This document shows, piece by piece, positions 1 through 9,800 of a stretch of 37,308 bases of DNA. This stretch comes from Verrucomicrobiota bacterium (GTDB lineage Bacteria; Verrucomicrobiota; Verrucomicrobiia; Opitutales; Opitutaceae), in NCBI GenBank assembly GCA_043743635.1, contig JAYTWC010000571.1, forward strand, positions 1-37,308, read 5' to 3'. Each line of letters starts with the position of its first letter. Position 1 is the first letter of the stretch. The notes under the pieces were generated by a model. It saw only the letters and a list, made by a program, of their open reading frames with translations. It was not told the DNA's origin and ran no database searches. Position numbers and translations under genes: made by a program.

Positions 1-160
1 CTGTGTTCAAGACCTTCGAGCGTTTGCGGGAATGGCTAAACGAACCGGTGCTAGCAGGCAGTTGGGCACCCGGAGGCGCCACGCCAGCCGAACTAATACA
101 GCGAGGCAAAAAGGAAGATATCGTTGGCGCACTTGTCGGCCTTGCCAACGGGAATTTCTT

Positions 161-928
161 ATGAAGACACTCGTCTTTCCGGACTTGCACCAACCATCGT
201 TGGCGTGCATCGACGCTATCGAGCGTTTGATCGCTCATGAGCGGCCTGATCAGACTGTGTTTCTCGGCGATTATTTCGACCAATTCCATGACACGCCTGC
301 CGACCAAGAATGCACAGCACGGTGGCTCAAGGAGAGTCTTACCAAACCAAACCGAGTGCACCTAATCGGCAACCACGACGCCAGCTATCTTTGGCCATCG
401 CCAGCGACAGCGTGTCCCGGGTGGACCCTCGAAAAGCAAAATGTTGTTGATTCTATCTTGGGAACGGGGCGTCTGACTGACAAATTTCACTTCTTTCTTC
501 CGGTAGACGGCTGGCTACTCACCCACGCAGGCCTCTCGGACGTATGGGTGGAACGGGACGTCTACTATGCCAGATGTCTGAAAATCGCCGAACCAACCGA
601 GCAACTCCAACGGCTCGTGACTTGGCTTCGCGCCGAGGAGGACAACGCTAGAGCCGCGTTTGAAGGTAGGTGTAGCCATTGGTTCGCAGCGATCGGCGAA
701 CTCCGAGGCGGAGCTTCGCCGGCAGGTGGGCTACTTTGGGCCGACTGGAGGGAAAAGAGGTACGGCGTAAAACAACTCTTCGGCCACACGCCATCGCGTT
801 GGGTGCGACGTGACGACCGTAGTGTTTGTCTGGATACGAACGTTCGCCATGGCGTTGAAAACTACGCGATCATCTCGGACGGCGACCTCAAAACCAACGA
901 TTTGTCGCTGCCAAAACTTCCACGATGA
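161..928 (+). CDS. Calcineurin-like metallophosphoesterase (lambda-phosphatase/ApaH-like subfamily)
   Basis: Track ORF is 32..928. The ordered MPE motifs DLH, GDYFD, GNHD, THAG and GHTP are all present. The first 43 codons of the track ORF are Arg-rich and not protein-like, so ATG161 (MKTLVFPDLH) is preferred. The stop overlaps the next start (ATGA at 925). Confidence 0.8.
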   Translation: MKTLVFPDLHQPSLACIDAIERLIAHERPDQTVFLGDYFDQFHDTPADQECTARWLKESLTKPNRVHLIGNHDASYLWPSPATACPGWTLEKQNVVDSILGTGRLTDKFHFFLPVDGWLLTHAGLSDVWVERDVYYARCLKIAEPTEQLQRLVTWLRAEEDNARAAFEGRCSHWFAAIGELRGGASPAGGLLWADWREKRYGVKQLFGHTPSRWVRRDDRSVCLDTNVRHGVENYAIISDGDLKTNDLSLPKLPR

Positions 929-1377
929 CAGCGCATAAACGACCGGGACCCAAGGGTAGGAGCGCCGCGCCGGCAGACGATACCCACGAATTCATGCGAG
1001 CAGCCGCGGCCAAGATTGGTGCCGCGCTCGATGCGGAGGAGGCTCAAAACGTGAAGTCTGGCACATGGACCAAGGTTCGCGGCACCGCCCGCGTCTTCGA
1101 GAAGGACGGGCAGCTCTTCCTGCGATTCCCGAAGTCAATCATCGTGCTCTTTGGTCTCAAAGCTGGCGATAATGCGAGGTTCAGGAAATGCCCTAGAAAA
1201 CGTCCGCTGTCTCCGGAGAAACTCACTGCAATTACTCGAAAAATGGTGGAGGCCAAAACACCACATGCAGCGCAGAAACTAACGGATCAACTGGTCGACG
1301 GCTTTTACGGGAAACCACTTTCGTTCCTCGTGACGTTTTTTCGGGCCGGGAAACAACTGATGCCGAAGAAAAAATGA
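925..1377 (+). CDS. Hypothetical protein, possible SpoVT/AbrB-like DNA-binding segment
   Basis: 150 aa ORF with ATGA overlaps to both neighbours. The segment FLRFPKSIIVLFGLKAGDNARF resembles the AbrB/SpoVT swapped-hairpin motif, but this was judged by eye only. Confidence 0.5.
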   Translation: MTAHKRPGPKGRSAAPADDTHEFMRAAAAKIGAALDAEEAQNVKSGTWTKVRGTARVFEKDGQLFLRFPKSIIVLFGLKAGDNARFRKCPRKRPLSPEKLTAITRKMVEAKTPHAAQKLTDQLVDGFYGKPLSFLVTFFRAGKQLMPKKK

Positions 1378-1631
1378 AAGCCACACACAAGACTCCGTGG
1401 CTCGTCAAAGAGCGCGATCTACGCAGGTATTTTGGCCGAGCTATCGATGCCTGCATGTCGGGACGGGTGGTCTTTGTCTACCACAACTATACGCAATCAC
1501 CTAAACGAGGGTTGTTGATGCTCGCGCCGTACCCAGATCTTGAGTCCACGCTCCAAGCCGCCCGCCTAGCCTTCAAAATGGGAAAATACCGCGAGGTAGT
1601 GCTCGCCGATTTACGGAGGAAAAGACGATGA
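1374..1631 (+). CDS. Small conserved protein, paralog 1 (Phd/YefM-antitoxin-like?)
   Basis: 85 aa, about 60% identical to the 81 aa product of 2121..2366 (shared KTPWLVKERDLRRY.GRA..AC.SGRVVF.Y and C-terminal basic tail). ATGA overlaps on both sides. Confidence 0.6.
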   Translation: MKATHKTPWLVKERDLRRYFGRAIDACMSGRVVFVYHNYTQSPKRGLLMLAPYPDLESTLQAARLAFKMGKYREVVLADLRRKRR

Positions 1632-2032
1632 ATAAACCGAAACTACCGCCACCGCCTGACTTTGCCTCGTGGTTAGAATACGCAATCGCGACGATGGACA
1701 CGAGGTCGCTCGACAACGATATTTCCTGGGGTAATGCGCCGCAGTGGCCGGAAAACACCTCTCGCGAAGACATGCAGGAAGCTGCACGAAACGAACTCGC
1801 CGAGTTGGAACGGCACAACCGAATAGTAGATACCAAAGGGCCTGGACTATCGGCTGTGGTACACTATCTCACCGACGAGTCACTCTACGAAGGCTATTTC
1901 GTCGGCGTAAAAGGAATGTACTGGCGAGCGCCAACGCTTGATGAATTGACCCGAATACTCACCGAGCAAGGAAAAGACTTAGAGCACCGGCCGGATCGCG
2001 TGGCTCTGGCTGTGCTGCATTTTAATAACTAA
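1628..2032 (+). CDS. Hypothetical protein (C-terminal part faintly HicB-like)
   Basis: 134 aa ORF whose ATG overlaps the upstream stop (ATGA). The segment VVHYLTDESLYEGYFVGVKGMYWRAPTLDELTRIL resembles the HicB-type fold signature only weakly. Confidence 0.45.
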   Translation: MNKPKLPPPPDFASWLEYAIATMDTRSLDNDISWGNAPQWPENTSREDMQEAARNELAELERHNRIVDTKGPGLSAVVHYLTDESLYEGYFVGVKGMYWRAPTLDELTRILTEQGKDLEHRPDRVALAVLHFNN

Positions 2033-2120
2033 TCAAAACCGACATAAAGGTAAAAAGACAAAACAATTTTCTCCACCGAAGGTATAAGGGTATGAAGCGA
2101 CTGTTAGCAATAAAGGTTAA

Positions 2121-2366
2121 ATGAAACCAAAGACTCCCTGGCTTGTAAAAGAACGTGACCTGCGCCGCTACCTTGGTCGGGCACTAGGCGCGTGCAAGTC
2201 CGGCCGTGTCGTATTTTTCTACCGTACTTACGAAGGCTCACCCCAATTGATGGCGCTCTCGCCGTATCCAGATGATGATGACGTTTTGCCCGCCGCACGC
2301 GATGCGATGGCGAATGGCAGGTACCGCAAGGTTGTGCTTCAAAATTTGCCGAGAAAAAAACGATGA
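2121..2366 (+). CDS. Small conserved protein, paralog 2 (Phd/YefM-antitoxin-like?)
   Basis: 81 aa, a paralog of 1374..1631. It heads a second ATGA-coupled chain (2121->2366->2779->3447). Confidence 0.6.
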   Translation: MKPKTPWLVKERDLRRYLGRALGACKSGRVVFFYRTYEGSPQLMALSPYPDDDDVLPAARDAMANGRYRKVVLQNLPRKKR

Positions 2367-2779
2367 AAAAAAAGATCCGTTTTGTTGACATACCCACCAC
2401 CTACAACGCACTCGTCGCTTTTCACCCGCCTCGCATACTCCATGACGAGGGCGAATTCGCAAAAACGATCACTGTAGTCGATGCCCTTGCCGGACACCGT
2501 CTCACAAAAGACCAAGACGACTACCTGGAACTGCTTAGCTGGATCGTCGAAAATTACGAGGACGAAACCATACCAGAACCTGACGATATCGTCAAGATCG
2601 CGGAGAAGCTTGCCGCGGCTACGAAAAAGTCCGAGATACGCAGGCTCCACCGTCAATTTTTCATCGCGTGGTACGGCCGGGACCATTGCAACAAACCGGA
2701 CGTTAAAAAGTTTATCGCTTACGGCGGCAAAAGGCTGTGCGCGTTGGATCTCGCAGATTTACCGTGGAGGAAAAGATGA
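2363..2779 (+). CDS. Hypothetical protein (HigA-type antitoxin N-terminal-like region?)
   Basis: 138 aa with ATGA overlap at both ends. The pattern ...RILHDEGEFAKTITVVDAL...LTKDQDDYLELLSWIVENYEDE resembles the N-terminal helix pair of HigA/XRE-type antitoxins. No clear HTH was seen. Confidence 0.45.
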   Translation: MKKKIRFVDIPTTYNALVAFHPPRILHDEGEFAKTITVVDALAGHRLTKDQDDYLELLSWIVENYEDETIPEPDDIVKIAEKLAAATKKSEIRRLHRQFFIAWYGRDHCNKPDVKKFIAYGGKRLCALDLADLPWRKR

Positions 2780-3447
2780 AAATGCTTGGACTACTCGATC
2801 TCTCGGATTGCCCGATCGACGACAAATATTCGCACCTTGCCATCCCGGCCGAATTGGCCGCACAGATGAAATTGACGGTGCTTGGCACGCGAATGATTGA
2901 TCTCGACGGTAAAAAAATGCACGTCCCATATGTTGGCCCGGTTGAGTTCTACTTCGCGGGACGGGCTGGGTTTTGCGGAGCCATCGTGACGGGCGACCGC
3001 GTAGTAGTCGGACGCATACCGCGCTTGGATATCGAAGCGTGTGGAAATCAGCTATGCGCGATAGAGGAAGTCCGGCTCCGATCAATCGGGGTAGAGGAAG
3101 AACTCCTCGCCGAAGAAGGCGGAGCACTATCAGCGCACCAATTCGCCAAAGCTCTCGGCGTTAGCCTTTCCTCCGTGCAAAAATTCCGTGAGCACCGAAC
3201 CATCATCGCTGTACCGAACGGCGTGAGAACTTTCAGGTACCCGGCATGGCAAATACACAATCGGAGAATTCTGCCCGGGCTCGCTGAAACTATCAAAGCC
3301 CTCGGAGACCTCGAACCTCTCGGAATCTGCACGTACTTCCTCACTCCGGCCGAAGCGTTCGACGACAAACGTCCTCTCGATCTCCTTCGAGCCGGTAATG
3401 TCGAAAAAGTCATCCCGCACGCACGCCACCACGGCGACCGTCGTTAA
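2776..3447 (+). CDS. Hypothetical protein with Xre/MbcA/ParS-like (DUF2384-like) C-terminal domain
   Basis: Track ORF is 2737..3447. ATG2776 is preferred because GGAGG lies 6 nt upstream and ATGA overlaps the upstream stop. The C-terminus (...FLTPAEAFDDKRPLDLLRAGNVEKVI) looks like the DUF2384 antitoxin toxin-binding domain, preceded by an HTH-like segment (SAHQFAKALGVSLSSVQKF). Confidence 0.5.
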   Translation: MKMLGLLDLSDCPIDDKYSHLAIPAELAAQMKLTVLGTRMIDLDGKKMHVPYVGPVEFYFAGRAGFCGAIVTGDRVVVGRIPRLDIEACGNQLCAIEEVRLRSIGVEEELLAEEGGALSAHQFAKALGVSLSSVQKFREHRTIIAVPNGVRTFRYPAWQIHNRRILPGLAETIKALGDLEPLGICTYFLTPAEAFDDKRPLDLLRAGNVEKVIPHARHHGDRR

Positions 3448-3498
3448 ACAGGTTGCTGCACGTCTCAACCTGGAACCGTCTGGCAATACGAACTCTCA

Positions 3499-4731
3499 AT
3501 GAAAACGCTCATCTTGACCATTGATCCCACCCTCACAGATCCCCTCGCGGTAGAAAAAATCCGTAGGTATTGGACTCGGAGCGAAGACGGGTGGACTTAC
3601 CGGCTGAAGGATCTTGTCGACGTGGCGACGCCGAGTACGGCAAAACTCCATGCTTTCGCAGCTCTCTATTCGAGTGTCCAAATTGAGGGTTTGATTTGTG
3701 CAACTCCCAACTGCGGAAAACCATTTAGGCTGGTGCGCCGGACCGACTCTGATCGCGTCTTTATGATTCCGGCAGAACACCGATTTTGCGGCGAATGCGC
3801 CAACAAGCGGGAGATGGAATTCCAGCGCATACAAGCCGAGCAATATGAGGCAGAACGCCGGGTCGAACAAGCACGGTGTGAAGCGGAAAGCAAAGCACGA
3901 GAAGACCAGGCGGCACGGGTGCGGAAAGCCGTTGAGGAAGCGTGTAGCGGCTACGTGGAATTATCGGTTCTCGAACAACTCGACGTTAGGCTAACGGCAG
4001 CGCTCTTGGGGTTGCTGGAGTTCCGGGGGAAGCAGCCGAATACGGTTGGCCCCTTGATCGCCAGAGACCACCCAGTGCGTTTTTCTCCTGCACTGCCTTG
4101 GGGCCGAAAACTGTTGGCCGAATTGATCGCTGCCCACGTGATCGCGCCGCAATGGGCCGAAGGGTTGTTCGACGCCGACGGTTCGCTGGTTGCGGTCGAG
4201 CAGGTGATCTGGCAAGTCAGGATCGACCCGGCCGTCGATTTGTCGGCTCTCCGGCGAAGCATCATAGAAAAATTGCGTTCCGCATGGACTGCTGCCGACG
4301 GCCCGAGCCCGCAGCTAAAATCGTTTATGCGGGAGTTGTGTAGCTGGGAAGCGATCGGCTTTCTACTCGCGATGTTTGGCGAGCGAGGAATGGGAGACTT
4401 CAATCCGGGAGAAGGGACAATTCAGGTTGTGGACACCGCCTTGGATCACTTCACGCTGGGCCAGGTTTGGTGCCTGATGTATCAGGGGGCTGCCCACGCT
4501 GGTGATCAAATTTCGCAGGGTGTCTCACGTCGCCACGCGGCAAACAAAGGAATCGCGAGAATGGATTCTCGGCTGATGAACGCTGTTGCCAACAAGATTA
4601 CCCTCCGGCCGTTCACCCGCAATTCCTCATTGATGCCGCTCTCGGCCGTCTCACGGCTTGCATTTGTTGAGATTTGCCATGCAAACGACGACAGCTTCGG
4701 ACCAGAATTATGGGCCAATGGGCGCCCCTGA
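3499..4731 (+). CDS. Hypothetical protein with Zn-ribbon-like CxxC...CxxC and a charged coiled segment
   Basis: 410 aa ORF containing CATPNCGKPF...FCGECANK followed by an E/R/A-rich helix. No family recognised. Confidence 0.55.
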   Translation: MKTLILTIDPTLTDPLAVEKIRRYWTRSEDGWTYRLKDLVDVATPSTAKLHAFAALYSSVQIEGLICATPNCGKPFRLVRRTDSDRVFMIPAEHRFCGECANKREMEFQRIQAEQYEAERRVEQARCEAESKAREDQAARVRKAVEEACSGYVELSVLEQLDVRLTAALLGLLEFRGKQPNTVGPLIARDHPVRFSPALPWGRKLLAELIAAHVIAPQWAEGLFDADGSLVAVEQVIWQVRIDPAVDLSALRRSIIEKLRSAWTAADGPSPQLKSFMRELCSWEAIGFLLAMFGERGMGDFNPGEGTIQVVDTALDHFTLGQVWCLMYQGAAHAGDQISQGVSRRHAANKGIARMDSRLMNAVANKITLRPFTRNSSLMPLSAVSRLAFVEICHANDDSFGPELWANGRP

Positions 4732-5660
4732 CCTCTTAGCCGCCAGCAACGGTTCAGTGACATCAAGCGCTTCAAAGGAACGGTAGGCGAATTGCCGAGG
4801 GCCATGCAGCCAACGTAAAAGGTAGTTGATACCTAGGTGCGGCGAAGAAACAGCTTTCGAAATAACCGAGGTAAGTTCCGGCCTTCGAACCTCGCGGGGC
4901 AAAACAGGTAAAACGCATGTCATCCGTTTGTTGCCTTCGAACACCTACGACGTATCCTGTCGCATCGTTGTGATCTGCTGCACCAAGTTATCCACTCGCG
5001 GACAGGCTGGGCCAAGATTGAGCGTAAGCCGATCACAGCCATCATTGAAAAGTTGCTCGGACCGTCCAGCACGGCCGAAACTACTGATACCGACAAACCG
5101 TGCACCCGTTACCATCGCAGGCATAGCATCAGATTCCCTCGGCCGCATCTGCAACGACGCGGAGAACCCCCGCACGGCCTGCCGCTCAGTACACGTCTTC
5201 AATGGAAGCTAAGTTCGGGTGAACAGTGAAGATCACCGCTCCCGAACAAACTAGTTTTGAATCGGGCGGATATTAACTTTCTTGCGACGCATGGCGCAGA
5301 GCGACCAGCACACCGCGGCCGCGAACGCGCTACCATCAAAGTCACAGGCGCTCCAGGGCATGCCAATTTGTTGCACTCAGTAAATCGGCCGCTGGTTACA
5401 TAAATCCCGCTTCCGTAACGTTTCCGCTGTTGCCGCCAGAATAAAAGCAGTTTCAAATTCCATTTCCAGTAATGACCACCCCGGAGGCCTTCGTATGCGA
5501 GTTTCCGTTCGCGCTGCCTTTTGCATCACGCCAGGCTTCCGTCTCCTCGCAGCCAGCATCTTACTGCTCAAATCGGACTCGATTTCCTTTTCAAACCCAC
5601 GCCCGTACTTCAAAGAATACCCGCCGCATCTCCGCGATTCTTCAAAGTTCCATCCTGATC

Positions 5661-6281
5661 GTGCCTCCCGAAAACCTAGTTTCCTTTAGCTTTACTGCTG
5701 CCTCGCTCCGTCCGGAGCTTATCCGGGTCATTGCGAACGCCTTTTTAGAAACGGGGTCCTGGGAGTTAGCCAAAAAAAAGATCCGTTCATCGAACGCCCT
5801 TCAGTCGCGCAGCCCCCGCACAGCGGTCAGAATGGAAATTGAGCTGAGACAGCGCCTCATGCGTCTCACTCCCGGCGAAATCCAATTGGCCGCCCACGGT
5901 ATCGCAGAGGAGCGCACGGCGATCGCATGGCTCGCCGCTTTGAAAGCGAGCCGCTACATTCACGCATTCGCGTCCGAAGTCCTCCGGGGCAAACTGTCCT
6001 CGCTCGATCCGGTGGTTCGAGCGTCCGACTACGAAACCTTTTTCGAGAACCAAAGCGCCGTCTATCCTTCGATCGCCACTCTGGCCACGTCGTCGCGAGC
6101 CAAGATACGTTCAATTCTGCTGACGATGATCTGCGAGGCCGGGATCGGTCAACGCGCTGGTCGCGAGGTTCGGATCCATCGGCCCGTTGTCCCTCCATCT
6201 GTTTATTCGGCACTGCTCGCCGATTCCCCACACTGGCTGGCCGGTTTTCTCGTGCCGGACTCAGAGATTCCTTCCAATTGA
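5661..6281 (+). CDS. brxA: BREX protein BrxA (DUF1819 family)
   Basis: It lies directly upstream of brxB/brxC. The sequence (FSFTAASL...NALQSRSPRTAVRMEIELRQRL..L...E...LA......E..AIAWLAALKASRYIHAFASEVLR.K) fits BrxA. The track ORF begins at ATG5472, but its first 63 codons are low-complexity, and an in-frame GTG5661 gives the typical length of about 206 aa. The start is therefore uncertain (5472 or 5661). Confidence 0.75.
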   Translation: MPPENLVSFSFTAASLRPELIRVIANAFLETGSWELAKKKIRSSNALQSRSPRTAVRMEIELRQRLMRLTPGEIQLAAHGIAEERTAIAWLAALKASRYIHAFASEVLRGKLSSLDPVVRASDYETFFENQSAVYPSIATLATSSRAKIRSILLTMICEAGIGQRAGREVRIHRPVVPPSVYSALLADSPHWLAGFLVPDSEIPSN

Positions 6282-6289
6282 CGCCCCCC

Positions 6290-6889
6290 ATGGCCGAAGA
6301 CACCGTCGAAACCCTATATCTCAAGCTTCGGAATCCGGACTTCCTCGCGATGAAGGGGCTGTCCGGTGAGGTGCCGATCTTCATCCACGCCTATGAGGCC
6401 ACCGAGGAGGATGTTGCCCGGCAAACCGCCGACGCCCTCACCACCCGACTGCGAAACGACGGCATCGCTTGCGCCAAAATTGACCTCTTTGAATTGGTTC
6501 TGGAGCAATTAGTCGAGGAGGGCCGCCTCGATCGCATCCTCGAAAAGGAGTCTCAAATCGGCAAAGCAAAGCTCTTTGAGACGATGACCAACCTCACCGA
6601 TGCCAAGACCCGCTTGGTGCCAAGGCTAATGCGCCGCCTGGAGGCAGAGGATGCCAAGCTTTCCATCTTAACGGGCGTCGGACGCGTGTATCCTTTCCTT
6701 CGGACACACACGATTCTCGATTCCCTACAGCCGGCAATGATGCGGCAGCCGGTAGTCATGTTTTTCCCCGGGCATTACACCCAAGAACAGGGCATCGGCT
6801 CCCAACTTCGCCTCTTTGGTTCGCTACCAGCCCCTATGCTCTATCGCCCCTACTATCGTGCCTTCAATCTCGCGCACTACCGAGTTTAA
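6290..6889 (+). CDS. brxB: BREX protein BrxB (DUF1788 family)
   Basis: Internal ATG6290 of track ORF 5927..6889 gives 199 aa, the expected size and position between brxA and brxC. The sequence reads MAEDTVETLYLKLRNPDFL...IPIFIHAYEA...GVGRVYPFLRTHTILDSLQ. Confidence 0.8.
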   Translation: MAEDTVETLYLKLRNPDFLAMKGLSGEVPIFIHAYEATEEDVARQTADALTTRLRNDGIACAKIDLFELVLEQLVEEGRLDRILEKESQIGKAKLFETMTNLTDAKTRLVPRLMRRLEAEDAKLSILTGVGRVYPFLRTHTILDSLQPAMMRQPVVMFFPGHYTQEQGIGSQLRLFGSLPAPMLYRPYYRAFNLAHYRV

Positions 6890-6893
6890 TCCC

Positions 6894-9800
6894 ATGCAAA
6901 TCCAGCAACTCTTTGCCAAGCCCGTCGATCGCCCCATCGAAGGCGTCATCAAGGCCGATGACTCCCGTCATCTTCGCACCGAGCTGGAAGAATACGTCGT
7001 CACCGCCGAGATAAACAAAGGACTGGGTGAATTCTGTGAGCGTTATCTCAACGAGACCAACGCCAATGGCGTGTGGATTTCCGGTTTTTTCGGGTCGGGT
7101 AAATCTCACCTGCTGAAAATCCTTTCCCTCATCCTCGACCAGAGTCCGCTGGAGGGGGGCGGTCGGGCCGCCGATCTGCTCCTGCCGCGCATCGAGGACG
7201 AAATCCTTCGAGGCGAACTATCCCGCATCACCAAGATCCCATCGCGCAGCATCCTTTTCAACATCGACCAAAAATCCGACGCCATCGGCGGCGACCGCGG
7301 CTCACCCGTGCTGGAGGTCTTCGTGAAAGTGCTCAACGAGCTTCAGGGCTACTACGCCCAGCTCCCCTACGTTGCTCAGTTCGAGGCCGATCTCGATGCC
7401 CGTGGTCAGCTCGCTCCGTTCAAAGCCGCTTACCTGAAGGCAACAGGACGCTCGTGGGAGAAAGATCTGCCCACGATCAACACCTTGGAGAACGAGGATT
7501 TTGCCAAGGTCTATGCCGAATTCTTCAGCAAAGCCTATGACGAGGGACTCCGCCTCTTCGATCGCGCCCGCGAGAGCTACCGCGTTTCAATCGAGTCGTT
7601 CGCTCAACGCGTACAGGCCTACCTCGCGAAACAGGGAAAAGATTTCCGTCTCAACTTTTTCGTCGATGAAGCCGGCCAGTTCATCGGCCAGGACACGAAG
7701 TTGATGCTCAATCTGCAAACCATCGCCGAATCCCTCAGCACGGTCTGCAAAGGACGTGCGTGGGTTCTCGTCACCTCACAAGGCGACTTGCAGCGCGTGC
7801 TCGGTGAGTTGGATGGTGCCGCCGCTCAGGATTTCACGAAGATTCAAGCGCGCTTCAAAACACGCCTCACACTGACCAGTGCCGATGTCCGCGAGGTCAT
7901 CCAAAAGCGATTGCTCGCCAAAAAGGAACCCGAGCCCGAGGTGCTGACCTCTATTTTCGATACAGAGAAAGATAACTTCCAGACCCTTTTACGCTTTGGC
8001 GATGGTTCGGTGGAATATAAGGGCTGGCGTGGCTCCGACGAGTTCTGCGCCTTCTATCCTTTTCATCCTTATCAGTTCGATCTCTTCCAACGTGCGATCG
8101 AACAATTATCCAGGCACAATGCATTTACCGGTAAACACACTTCGATCGGCGAACGGTCGATGCTCTCCGTGTTTCAAGAGGTCATTAAACAGCTAAAGCA
8201 AGACCCCGTCGGCCGCTTGGCGAGCTTCGATAAATTCTTCGAGGGCATAGCGACCGCATTGCAGGGTCAGCTTTTGACTTCGGTCCGCCAGGCCGAGCGC
8301 CAACTCGATAACCCTGTCGCGATCCGGATTCTCAAAGCGCTCTTCCTTCTCAAATGGGTACGCGAGTTCAAGGCCACACCACGCAACATCGCTATTCTCC
8401 TGCTCGATCAACCCACGGTGGATATCCGCGCCCACGAGAAAACCGTCCATGAAGCCCTCGCCTTGCTGGAGGGCCAGTCTTATCTCCAACATCACGGCGA
8501 ATGTTATGAATTCCTCACCGACGTCGAAAAAGACATCGAGGTCGAGATCAAGAACACCGACATCGATGATTCCGCCCTTGCGAAATTGGTTTCCGATATT
8601 CTCTACGCAGATATTCTGCGCGATCCCAAGATCCGCTACGAAGGCAACGGCCAGGACTACGCCTACGTGCGCCGACTCGATGACGAGTTGATGGGGCGGG
8701 ATGGCGACCTCGCGGTGAATATCATCACCACCGAACACACCAATCACGGTGACCTTGGTGTGCTCGCTGCGCAAAACACAGGTAAGCCTGAGCTGCTCGT
8801 CGTGCTGCCGCCTGACGCCCGGATGATGGACGAGGCGCGGCTGATTCTCAAAACCAACAAATATATCCAGCACAACACGGGCTTGGACATCGACGCAGCG
8901 CGGCGTTCAATTCTCACCCAGCGCGGGCAGCAAAACAGTGTGCGCCGAACCAATTTACAGGAACTATGCTCAGAACTGCTCGGCAAAGCACCTCTGTTTT
9001 TGAACGGTTCGCGACTCAGCGACATCGGTGAAGGCGATGCACGTAACCGCCTCGCCAAGGGCTGCCAGGCCCTCATCAGCTTCGCCTACCCAAGCCTGCG
9101 TATGCTCCGCGGCAATTATGACGAGCCCATGCTGGCGAAGACGCTTCTTGATGCTGACGATCTCCTCGCTGCCGGCGGTATGGCCCTCTCTGAGGCTGAA
9201 CAAGAGGTCCTCACCTATGTGATGCGCAACCAGGCCAGTGGAGAGCGCACCAGCGTCGAAGCCATCGTACGCGAACTGGGTCGCCGTCCCTACGGCTGGT
9301 ATCCTCTTGCGATCGTCACGCTTCTCGCCCGCCTGTTCCGGTTGGGCAAAGTGGAACTCCGCACCGCCGAATTGCTCGATGCCCGTTCTGCCCTAGAAGC
9401 ACTTCGCAATCCCCGCCAACATGGCAGTGTACGCGTGCGGCCTCAGGAAACTTTCGATGCCTCGAAGGTGAATGCTTTGAAACGCTTTCATCAGGATTTC
9501 TTCGACCGCACCAACCTTGGTACAGATCCACGCTCGGCCGGGCTTGCGACGGTCTCCGCCTTCGCGACCGAAAAGACGATCCTCAAAGACCTGCTCGCAC
9601 AGTCCACGCGATATCCGTTCCTCAGCACTCTGGATTCCGTTGCCGAGCGCATCGGCAAACTCGCCGATCGGGATTACGCCCATGTGATCAACCAACTCCC
9701 CGAGTTCCAAGATCCGCTGCTCGACGCCAAGCAGGACCTGCTCGATCCCGTCAAAAGCTTCATGGCCGGCGCCCAACGCACCGCCTACGACGAAGCGATC

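Noticed and set aside
32-160. N-terminal extensions of track ORFs: 32-160, 5927-6289, 6816-6893, 12198-12296, 16905-16973, 29917-30000, 30795-30989.
   Set aside because: The extensions overlap the upstream gene or are Arg/Ser-rich junk. Internal ATGs give family-typical N-termini and ATGA or short-gap coupling.
4850-4900. TTCGAA-containing stretches checked as possible tRNA T-arms.
   Set aside because: The flanking bases do not form a T-stem, and no cloverleaf could be built. No tRNA is supported anywhere in the window.
2367-5787. A 16-nt identity, AAAAAAAAGATCCGTT, at 2367-2382 and 5772-5787 (both encode KKKIR).
   Set aside because: Half of it is a homopolymer, and the similarity does not extend on either side. 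The expected number of chance 16-mer matches in 37 kb is not negligible for low-complexity sequence.
8193-8873. 226-aa ORF antisense to brxC. Similar long antisense ORFs occur at 12684..13382 in pglX, 22011..22673 in the DUF262 gene, and 25127..25699 and 26312..26998 in pglZ/brxL.
   Set aside because: They lie entirely inside strongly supported genes on the opposite strand. Their translations are low-complexity with no motifs. They are typical shadow ORFs of GC-rich DNA.
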